Shown here: positions 50,001 to 62,000 of the stretch, piece by piece
Position numbering within the stretch: the first letter of the stretch is position 1
How the letters are laid out: every line of letters begins with the position of its first letter
Source: Phoronis australis
Taxonomy: Eukaryota; Animalia; Phoronida
DNA length: 64,000 nucleotides
Assembly: GCA_002633005.1 (NCBI GenBank)
Contig: NMRA01000036.1
Coordinates: 124,001 to 188,000 of the forward strand
Direction: 5' to 3'
Translations under genes and position numbers: made by a program
The notes under the pieces: generated by a model
What the model was told of the DNA's origin: nothing
The model's database searches: none
What the model saw: only the letters and a program-made list of their open reading frames with translations

Positions 50001-53000
50001 GACCGCTTGTATAACGCAGTAAAAATAACTCTCAATGTCTCAGACAATCAGGACCCCCATCAAAAGCAGTGAGAACTGATGAGGCTACCCTCATTGTAAA
50101 TATTATAAAAATAAATAAATAAATAAATTTTGTCAATACGAAAACAAAATCATTTATAAGTCTGATTCAAAACTCATGTATGTGCATTTTTTTCAATCAA
50201 TTATTGGAGTATAGGGATGAGCTGCAAAATGTAAAGAGCAATAATTAAGGAATACTGAAAACAACATTTTAATTTGTTTCAAAAGCCCCAATTCTCATTA
50301 AGTTTGTAGTATATTTTTTCTCAGGACATCTGGCCAGATTTTTTCACATTGCCCTCTGTTGATAGAAAAGAAACGTACCCATCCGGTAATTGCGATGACA
50401 TTAGCCAGTTCCCCTTTAATTTTAAAGTTCCCAGCCATGCCTTTCTCCAGCATGTCGTCCAACTCAATACCGGTCAGCAGACGTTCTTCTTTCAAATCAG
50501 CAACGTACAACACAACATCAGACCTGATAGAGAAGAAAAACATGAAAAATGCATCATGTCCAAAAAAATTCAAAAAGGACATTGTTTTTGCACTAGGGGA
50601 AATTAGAAAATGAAATTGTGCAAAAATCCACTCAAGATAGGGCTGTTTGTGAAATTCTAAATTTGATACATCAATTAAACAAGAGCAACGTGGAGCGTTG
50701 AAATGCGCCCAAGACAGCACCGCAAATGGTATGCTTCTACAGCATATCACAAAAATGGCCACTAGATGGAGCAGAATATTTGGAAGGTGGTGTCGTCTCT
50801 TTAACACAACAATTTGCCAATTTTCATGAAAATAAGTCAAAGAATTCTGAAGATACAGAGGCAAACGTAAAAAAATAAAACTGGCGCTAGGGGGCACAGG
50901 CATGGTCTGACAGGTTTTAGACTCACCGCCATCTGTTGCCATATCCATAGGAGCAGAATTCGTCTAAATTTTGGAAAGATCCTTAAAGAGTGAAAGATAC
51001 AGCCGTAGACGAAAAAAATTGCCCCTAAGGGTGTCAGAACAGTTAAAACTGTCCGAAAATTGAAGTCCGAATTCCAAAGATATAGAGGCATGATAATAAA
51101 AAATTAAAATTGCCACTATGGGGTACAGTGGTAGTCGAATGGGTCCGAAACTCATCGCAACTTGTCATCAGCTTTCTAGCAACACACCTGCTAAATTTAA
51201 TGAGATCCCGCAAAGAGTTTAGGAGATACACCATTGGATGCCAGACAACCAGACAAAGATGACAACAATATGCAATGAACTCGCATATAAATATTACTTA
51301 TAAAGCTATTGATCCCTGGTAACGAAGGTAGTTGATTACCTTAAGTCAATTGAAAGGTCAAGGTCATTATAAAGTTCTGTTAAAAGATAAGACTGCTATT
51401 GAAAAATTAGAATTACTTGTCGTCATGAACTTTTCCATCCTTCACATGATAACGAATATCCTTTATCCACACAAGACCTCCATTTGTGGCGCTGGACACA
51501 AAGCTGAAATGCAAAGAAATATGCATTACTGATGAATTAAAGCAAAAGCAATTCTCAAATAAAATGAAATTTCCCAAAATTTGTTTTGGCCAAGTTCTTT
51601 AAGAAAATGTCGTAATGGTGGTTTCATTAGCTGTTATTAGCCGCAATTAGCTTTCAAAATCTCAGGTCCCATGGGAGAAACAGCTCTTCTCCCATGACAT
51701 ATTCAGGTGTCCTATTCATAACGATAAATCACCTGTCATTCAAGCTACTGCTACGCCCCCTGTCGTCAGTTGTCATGATTAGGAATTCCTGGTCATTCTG
51801 AGTGATTATTTTGGTGTGTAAAGCAGACTGTAATAATTCTTCACTTATTTAGCACACAATATTATGGACAAGTGAAATTCTATTTTGTCAAATTTTTTCA
51901 CGAAAACAAAAAATTAAAAGCATTGTTTGTACTGGTTAGATTATTATCATAAAACAACTTTTGCTAAATTTCCCATTGTTTTCAGGAAAGTAATCATCCT
52001 TTGAAAAATGGAAAATGACAATTTTGGCAATTAGTTTTTTCCGAATTAAGTGGACAATTATCGTAGCTTGCTGTTTACAATGCACTAAAGTTGGGATAAT
52101 ATGACAGCTACTGGTCCACTGGAAAACTCATTTCAGACATGTTTGTCAAAAGTGACTGTGTGATATGTAAGTGTCGGACATATAGTCAGTACTTACTCCT
52201 TTATTGTTGACTGGTAAACCCTAGCATCCGATGGTGAAAACGCAACAGTAAGAATCATTTCCTGGTACGTATGAGTGATCCAAGTCTGAAATTTGGAAAG
52301 CTTAGGTTGATTTTTTTCATTGGATTGAAGGAAAGGTGGTTCTATGGAAGTCAGTTGTTTCTATACACATCAAGTATTACTTTGACAACTGAAGGCAAAT
52401 TGTCTTGAATTTAATACTGTAATATGTAACAAATGAAATTATGTATTTTCATAGCAGCATTCACAGACTGATTTAGGAAGGGTTTGACAGTTTGGGCTTC
52501 CTAGTCCTCAAAAATACATCAACATATCGCAGGAAATGAAAAAAATAAAATTTTAATTACAAGTATTGCTTCTATATCACCTGATAAATAAAAGATTGAA
52601 AGACAGTATACAATTTTTTTCTCATCATAGCATGAGTCATATCCTATTTAATATGTAACATTTTTCATTGTAGTCATCAGCTTCTAGTTCAGTGATATAC
52701 ACTATCCTTGAGTGCACACCCTGCTGATGATTTAAACAAACCTATCCTCAAACTCCTGGTTTCTGAATACTCCATCTACTAACTTGACCCAACCATATTT
52801 TCTCTGGAAATTTTTACTCTTCACAATACAGTTTTTAAAGAAGACCCTACACACATTGTGCAGTTGGAGTTTTTAGTATTCGTACAGTTCTTGAATAATG
52901 TCTGCTTAGCTCAACACTCCATACCTGCAATCACCCAGGATATCTACAGGCTGGGAAACACTTACAATAGACTGAGCCGTGGCTGACTTCTGACCGTTGT

Positions 53001-56000
53001 CCGTTGCCGTGATGCTGGAAAGATAGTTCATGTCCTTTTTGTTGCTGACCAACCAGCTATTTTTCATTTTGTCCACGTCGATAGTGAACATGTTGATGAC
53101 TGAAGCTTTCGTTGTCGTAGTGCCATTGATCCGCTCTACGACTTTGATCAGTTGGTATGACAGTTCACTGCTCTTATCCTTATCCGTTGCAGTGAGGATG
53201 AAGACCACTGTGTTGAGGGGTGAGTCATAAGGAAGGACTAGAAAGGAAAATGAAACGATCATAACCATCCGAATCCCATGAGAGCTCTTTCTTGTCCCTT
53301 TACCCACACTGTAAACATAATTGTGCGGCAATTTTTAAAGTAACTGCTCAATGTAACTACAAGCAATCATTGCATTGTATTGATCACTGCATGGCATTCT
53401 CAAGCATAGCCTAGCACTCATAATCAATGTTCACAATTGTCTGTCAGTAACTCTATGATAACCTCTAGCTTTTCCCAACTCTGTGTATTACCATCATCTT
53501 TTGGGTGTTGTTGCCATGTGGGTTGCTGAATGCAAATGTCAAACGACAACATCTTTCAGTAATACCATTAGTTTAAAATAGCAAAGTAAAATGAACATGT
53601 TACGTTCTATGACGATTATCGTCAAATAGAAATTTTTGTGCTAAAGCAAGAACTGCTCAAAAGCATAATTTTCAAAAGTAACAAGCACTGCATACTTTGC
53701 TATTTACCACGTCTGCAACAAAATAAATCAGAAACTGTCTTTAATGAACGATTCATTTTGTATTCTTAACACATGAACTTACACGAATAATATTTGTCGA
53801 AGCCATTTTCAAATTTGAAAACAGGCACTGTATCTGGTTCATCCAAAACCTCAATGAAAACCTCCACGTAGTTCGGGTCAGTCGCTCTCCGTTTTCGTTT
53901 GGTAACCACAGAATCATCAGTAAAGTTGTTGAAAGCCTTTATGGTCAATCTGTGTTGCGCTAACACCTCACGGTCAAGAACTTTAGTGGTAGTAATTTCT
54001 CCAGTGTTGGAATCAACTTTGAATCTTTCATGGGTATCTCCTCCTAATATTTTCAGAAAATGTCAAGATTTAGCTGTTTTAGCAATTTGCTGATATAAGT
54101 GACTCTACAGTTTACAATGATATGTAACTGAGACCATGCCCAGGACATATTTGACCCCATGACCTCAGTGGTTGCAATCCAACACTTTGCTAGTAGAGCT
54201 AACAGCCCATGTGGCTACCAGCTTAGTATTTTAAGCATACTTGAATAATGTCACTAGCCTCGATTTCAGTGAATTCTCCCAAATATTGGAAGCCAATGCC
54301 AAGAAAAATAATAATAAATTTTGCTGTTTTATGGGTCTAGACAAATGTAATAACTTCAAGAAGTCTTTCCTACCTTAACAAGGTCTCAAAATATGTTTTT
54401 ACTCCTGAAACCGACTAATTTGAAAAAAAAATTAAATGCCAAATTCCACACATGGTGGGGCCCTGTTATTGCAGACAGCCTCTCACGAAAACCAATGAGG
54501 TGCATTATTTTTACATCAACCTAATCTATTTAGATACTTAACCATACTCATGCGGGGTTAATGCCCACGTCTGTCTTGGCAGCCATCCACAGCTCATACG
54601 GTCGAAACGCCCTTAATTAAAAGTGCCAGTATCTTTGTGAACGCACACGACACAAGAAATTCCATTCCCAAATCGTACGCAGCTCGCTTACCTCTGGTGA
54701 GTTTCAATGGCACCTTGCCATATTCAGATGGGAAAATATTCACCTCTTCGCTAAAGGAAGTATGAGGTTCTTCTTTTGCCTCATGCAAATTCTAATATTT
54801 TTGTACTTGAAAAAATGGTGATGGTATTATTGTAAGTGAACTGACCTTGTAGGTAAACGCACTTCCCCAAGTTCTCAAATGCCCATGCTCAGCTTAACGC
54901 CTACCTTCTGATCTTTTTTCAATTTTTGCAAATTTAAGCTCCCTGGACATTAACCCCGAAGAAAACGGTTCTGTTCTGTTCAACAGATGAAAAGCAATAT
55001 TATAATTCAAATTGATGAATTTAGAAAAATAATACTGAATTCTTTTGAGAACAGCATGTTTTTTTGGTAGTTTGACACTGACATCACGTTATTGAAATAA
55101 CGATGTTAGTATTGCACCATGTGTGTTGTGGAGGGCTGATATCAAAAGCCAATTGCATATAAAGAAAGTTTGCTTTAAATGTGGAGTGGAGATGTTTTCT
55201 CTGAGGCTGCCCATCCTGGGGCCACCACTTTCAATCTTCCCCTACAACTTATAATATTTTGTCATATCGCATCACATACAAATGACTACCACAAACCTCA
55301 CCACCCTATGACAGCCTTACTGTTTACACAGCGTCAGATCACATCATGTCACGCAGAAAAGAAAAACTTTATACGAAGGGTTTGAAACAACACAAGATCA
55401 GTATGGATTATGCAATCTGTTATTTGAAAAATTTACATTTAACTGATGAAGAATGATGTTAAATTATTGTGTTTCTTGATGTTACATTTTAGCACACATG
55501 AGTAATATTTATTATTTTAATTTGATTCACTTGATAACACATTTAAACAAGATAAAAGTCACACAGTAGAAATAAAGCAATAAATAAAGAAAAGAATAAA
55601 GAAATTATAAATAAATAAAAAATAAACAAGATAAAAGTCACACAGTAGAAATAAATCAATAAATAAACAAAGGAATAAAGAAATTATAAATAAATAAATA
55701 AATAAAAATAATTAGAATAAATAAACAAGCATTAGTAAGAGGATATTTTGCATTTGGATCTAGGATGCTGCAAAGGAGAGGGGTGATCGCAATGTCCAAA
55801 AAACAAAAGGTTTCTGAAAGCCCAACTGACAGAATGGTGTCGGTGGTTTTTTGGTCATGCTCGAGTCCCCTGTCCCTGCTACACCCGCCTGTATGTGTAC
55901 GCTAGACTGTGATTGCAATTGTATTAATTCAGACAATTCTAAACTACAACAGTGCTATTTTATTGCAAACAGAGTGTAGAAAATGAAATGGGAATTTTAA

Positions 56001-59000
56001 CAAGTTTATGAATTGCAATTTCATAGCAACTGAATTGTTTATGAATTTCTCACTCAGCCAAGGAACTGTGAAGTCTATATGGCACCTGCGCCAACAAATA
56101 GAAAACCATGATGGTGCAGCTGTAATAGCCACTACCAGCTTCTTTGGGCAACAGAATTTTTTAATCAAGGCATCACATTGAAATAGTCAGATGTAGTGAA
56201 AATGGTTATAGTTAATTATCAGGTTAATTATATTGCTAATAAATAAACACCAGGCAAAATATTTACCAAAAACATCACTGGTAATCACCCCTAAAATAAA
56301 ATTACATTAAACACAATATCCATTTTGCACAGCTCAAAGAATGCAAACATGCAACAACTTATGACTAGTGAAGCAGGCCACACAAAAATTCCATGATCAG
56401 GGTCCCTTTACTCACTGTCATCTGGCTACTTTTTTGCCATTGTTCAATGTCAAATTATACAAAAAACTGAGTTTCATAACAACAACGTTTATCATTGCTT
56501 CATTTAGTAAAATTACTATCATCCTAATGTACCTTGCTTGGTACCGAGTCACAATTAAAAAAGTGTGAAACATTTGAGTTCATTTTTTCTTATCAAAACC
56601 GACATAGGCTCATATGGACCTCAACACACATGCGAAAAGTGAAATACTGTTCGTTTTCAATGTGCCATTGGCTCCATAACTAACTGGAAGCAACTTACTG
56701 TCAATCATGTAGGAGACAACAGCGTGTTTGCCTATGTCCTTGTCCGTTGCTCGCACTCTTCCTACGAATGTTCCCGGGGGTCGGTTCTCCATCACAGTAA
56801 AGTAGTATGGTTTGGTCCCGCCACTCTAGAGGAATGATATAAATAATACAATAAAACCAAGTGAAAAATGAAAGAAATAATTACTTGTAAAGAAAGTCTA
56901 ATTCTTTCTTGTTCACATATTAGTTTCCTAATATTACCTACCACGGTCTCCTTTTCATCTGTGGTAACGAGCTTGTGATGCACGTATCATTTATATATTA
57001 TTCGGGACATATGTCAATCATAAACCATTTTTTAAACCATTACCACCTTGCAACTTTTGTATGTATTGATGTTTTTTCATAGAACAAGGTATCGGCATGG
57101 TTTGGGTCACTTATTAATTGCAATGATGATGACTTCCTGAAACCATTTTGAAAGTCTAATTATTTCTAAAATCTATTAGTTTGTTTACAACAACCAGCTA
57201 GACAACTTATTTACACTGTCATGATGTTTCCAGCTTATTTACACTTTCGTGACGTTTCCAGCTTATTTACACTGTCTTGATGTTTTGTTTAATAATCATT
57301 TCTCCAGAGATCTCTGATAGGTGAGACAGTGTTCTTAGAAGAATAAACACCAGAATGCCATACACTCACGGTGGTCAATGATTAATGCAGGACTGACAAC
57401 CAAAAGCTCCCCACTTCAAATTCCATGTTACCCCATGGAAAAAAATCCAAAAATGTGCTCATCATCAACCACCAGGAGGATACCATACACCCGTGCAGCT
57501 TCCTCCTAAGAATAACACCTGAAGATGGCCGGAGAAATGATTGACTGAAATGTTATGCCAACATAATATAGGTTAGAGTTTGGTTAAAATAGCTTTTGGA
57601 AATGATGTGTGTTACAATGGATATGATTACATGGCCAATTTAACATGCTGACACATTCAAAAGGTCAAACTTCATACTAAGATTAGGAAAGGAGCCATAT
57701 TGCCATAATGGTGAATTATTAACTTGTCAGTCATGCAATAATGCATGTACATTAATTTGTCCTCCTAAATTTGTCATTCTATGCAAGGTCCATTGAAACT
57801 CATGAATATCCCTAAACAAAATAATCACACCAGTTGTGTACCCACATGAGTTGTGCAAATAATATGATTTATGACCCAATCTGTTGAGTTTGTGTCTAAC
57901 AGTTGAGTGATTATTGGTAGTGTTGTGGTCAAGAATCAACAAGTGCTAAGTTTTGTCTGACAAGAAATTGCCCAGTCAGGCTAAGCATTGGACTAGAGTT
58001 CAATATTGCCCAAACTTCATTCAACATCTGACCCAGGCATTATAGACAGACACTGTAATGTAGCTCACCATTTTCAAAGGGAATTCAGGCAGATGATCAT
58101 CAGTGTCCAGAATACGAATGGTCAACACTCGGATTTCAGATGTTAAAACCTGGTTTTTTCCTGTATCCCTGGCAACAAGGAGCAACTGTAAAATTAAAAA
58201 ATTGAAATGAATAAGAACAGTAAAAATATGTTGGACTCTTTGCATTCAATTTCAAGATTATGATTTATTGAAAAAAACATTATTAATGAGAAGAACATAA
58301 GAATGTTGAATCAGAAATCGAAGCTATCTTGGAATCAACCTTTCATTGCACTTGTTTCGCATACCACAGTCATTGGCCAATCCATATTTTGCTCTTTCAG
58401 AAAATGCAAAATAAACATTGTTCGGTTGTAAACTAGGTTGACAATTTTGTGTCCAAGGAGTTGAAATAATCTTGCAGTGATGGTAACAATAATAAAATTA
58501 ACAATTTATAGTACGACTGTAGTAGTTATAACAATTGTAATAGTAATAGTAATGATAACAATAATAATAATAATGGTAATGGTAATAACAACAATAATAG
58601 TAATAATAATAATAATAGCAATAACGAAAACAAATGTGCGTGTGTAGTTTGCCGACTGGAGCATTGGGCAGTGAATTTGTGGAGTCGCTGAAAGGCTCGT
58701 TTGGCTGCGGAAAACTTATTTATACAACAGATTAACGACAACTTGCTCAGAATAATATACAACTCAGCCCTGGTCAAACCACGAAGATAAAAATCAATGG
58801 GTAGTTGAAAACAAAACATGGTCACTTACTAAAAGTGAAATATTTTAAAATTCAGGAGTAGTTAGTTTAGTCCCATTGTGTAAATTTACGACACCAGATT
58901 TAGATTTGATAAATTCACCCAGGTTCCACTCCTTTCTTCAAAGCCTACCGTGTAGAAGTCTTTAGCCTCTCTATCATACACCTGCTTGGCTGATATGATG

Positions 59001-62000
59001 CCTGTGATGGGGTTCATACTAAACTCCACATTCTGTGTAGGGTGATTACTAGAAAATTTGCCGTCCACCATGAAGCCGTAATTGACACGCCCCCCATCAG
59101 GGTCTCTGGCAGATACCTGCACCACCTCCAGGCCCAGGTATTGGTTCTGGAAGAAAAAAATCATGCCCATGCTAAAATCATTTTTCTTCTTAAACCTGAT
59201 ATACACCAGTCTTTCATAAGAAATATCTCGACGTAGACATCTAATTGTTACAGTAAGTAAAAATGGTTTTAACTAGCTTCTAAATCAGATGAGAAATGAT
59301 TTCTGGATAGTTCGTCAATTGCACGAGACAATGCTCGGCGCATAAAATAATAGCCCATTGGGTCATGACGACACGTCTTAACGCGAACATCAAAATAAAC
59401 ATATTAATAAACAAAACAAAAAATATAAAAAAACACCAACTGACTTCACAATTTCTCATGTTATAATAAAGGTGACACTGAAGTTACCTCAAGAACGTTG
59501 ATAGTGACGTTATTAGAGTTTGGATAGATCCACACGGGGGGCTCATTGTTGGCATCCTTTACAGTGACAGTGACATAACTAACATCTGTCCGACCATCGG
59601 CAGCTCCATACTTGTCCGCTGCAGTCACAGTAAAGAAGTGATCGCCCACTTTGTCGATCAACGTCTTAGCAGTGGTGATTTTACCGGAGTCAGGGTCCAC
59701 TCTGAATAAACCTAGATGGAAGATATCACATGGTTTACTAAAAAAATAATTGTGAGCAGTGTGGTACACATTGCACCAGATGTACGCAGGCCCCTCAGGT
59801 GGGCCCATCACACTGATCACCTGTTATCATTTTATGCCTTATTTATAATTAAAACTCAGCTGAGAGGCTATTGGCCCGACTCGAGGTCTAGCAGTGTGAC
59901 TAGTGAGACTCAAACCCAGGACATTGAGTAAAGGAACCAAACGCTAATCTCACTTGACCACACTGTCTCCTCCAAATTACATGTTGCATATATGCATGTT
60001 GCTAAGACACGTAATTTTTGTAGTAGGATAGCTGATTGGTCAAATTGCGTAAGTTACACGTTTGTTAGACCAAAATGGTTTGAGACTCTATAAATGCAAA
60101 CTTTGTTATATCTGATACCTGATTGTCCAAATTAATGCATTGGTTGTATTTAGAAATAATTTTTGTAATATCCAATAATTGAGTCGTCAAATTATGTCTT
60201 GCCCTAAGTGCTCACCTTCTGTATCTCCTGCAACCTTCGAATACTTGATTTTCTGGTTGATACCTATGTCCTTGTCGCTGGCGTCTAACTGAAGTATGAA
60301 TGCGTCTACTGGGATAGTCTCAATGATCACGGCACTATAGTTCTTGGTGGAGAATATTGGTGAGTTGTCGTTGACATCAGACAATGTTATGTAGACCTAC
60401 AAAGCCAGTGGATCAACAAAGTACTGATGCTATTCAATGCAGGGTTGAAATTGCAGCAATAGTCGCTTATTTGAGTCTTGGATTTTGAGAAGCAGTTTAA
60501 TGCTTAGTCAGTGGAGAAAACTGTCTCTCAAAATGAGGAACCCTGCAAGAGACTGATAGCGAAATGAAATTTTTCCCTTTCTTATGGAAATAGAATTTGC
60601 TCATTTATCTCATACATAGATTTTGTTTTTGTTACGGAGCTTCATGGACTCATTCTGCAACACTTTTATTAGTTCACAAGTTTTCATTTTTGGTTTGGCT
60701 TAGATTTTTGGCTCATGGTTTGTCATCGCTTAGAACCAGGCTCAATGTTTAATGATGTTTAATCAAGCTAGTCATTTCTGAGTCGAAATTTAAATATGGC
60801 TTACCAAATAGGACAGTTTGGAGATCAAACACTATTGGAGCACTCACTGGTTAATATAGGCCACAATGCTTTCAGTGCATAAAATATGACCGGACGTTGC
60901 CATCTCAACATATTTGCCTTGGGTCTCAAGCAATAGCAAGCTGTCATTTTTCCCAAGCCCAAAAATCATGCAAAATCTAAATAAATAAGAAGCCAAGACT
61001 AATTTTACAACAGGAACTGGTCTTAACCAATTTTTGACAGAAGGCAGACAGCCTTATGTACTTACCGGCATTGTCATGGATTTCCTTTGGTTAGGATGGT
61101 TAGGACTATCCTGTGCTGTCACAGTGAATGTTATCTCTGGTCTTGTCTCTCGGTCCAGCACTGCACCTGGCTTCACATAGATCACACCCTGGATACAAGA
61201 GTTTCAGTCACTCATCTATCTGATCTACCAGCAATTAAGACTTAATGTTGTTGAGTTGATGAAGAAGTCATTATTAGCAGTGACTTAACGTTGTCGAGTT
61301 GATATAGAAGTCATTATTAGTAGCGACTTACTGCTGTTAAACTGATGTAGAAGTCATTATTAGAAGTGACATACTGTTGTTGAGTTGATGTAGAAGTCAT
61401 TATTAGTAGTGACTTACTGTTGTTGAGTTGATGTAGAAGTCATTATTAGTAGGCATGGTGTAAGAGACTACGCCAAACGTTCCCAAATCACCATCATTGG
61501 CATTCACTTGCAGCACAGACATGTGTGCGGGGGAATTCTCAGGAATAGTCTTGCTGTACACAGCCTACAAATACAAAATATTACATGACATTATATAGAT
61601 TTAAGTAATTAATGCAAATGAATGTTAAAAACAATGTTTGAGCACCATCAAATTTGGGTTTGCTGTGATTACATGTTTGAGAACTAGTTCAGTCAAAAGT
61701 AAAAATTCCACAGCTTAGACTTAAAATAAAAGACTGAGAAAATTCTAAAACTCCTAGTAATGAGATGAGCTAGCTCGAATCTCGCTTGGCATCGCCATTG
61801 ATTCTTGGGTCCACTAAACGTCAGTTATGCTACATGTAATAAATATTCATAAAAAGTTCTCTAGAATATGTAGTAAATATCACAAATTTTTGCCAGAGAA
61901 CCTCTACTCATCAAATGAAATATCAAACCCACTCATGAGGCCATTGGGGCTTCTTTATTAACCTTCCCTAACCAGGTATGCTCTCTTCACCTTCTGGACG

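Noticed and set aside
50298-50948. 216-aa ORF as a stand-alone gene
   Set aside because: Only 50379-50523 is a cadherin exon; the rest is repeat-derived intron.
51733-51797. Candidate extra cadherin exon with AG/GT ends
   Set aside because: Contains a stop codon in the required phase; 51417-51503 fits instead.
58526-58825. Poly-leucine membrane protein ORF
   Set aside because: Translation of an (AAT)n microsatellite in an intron.
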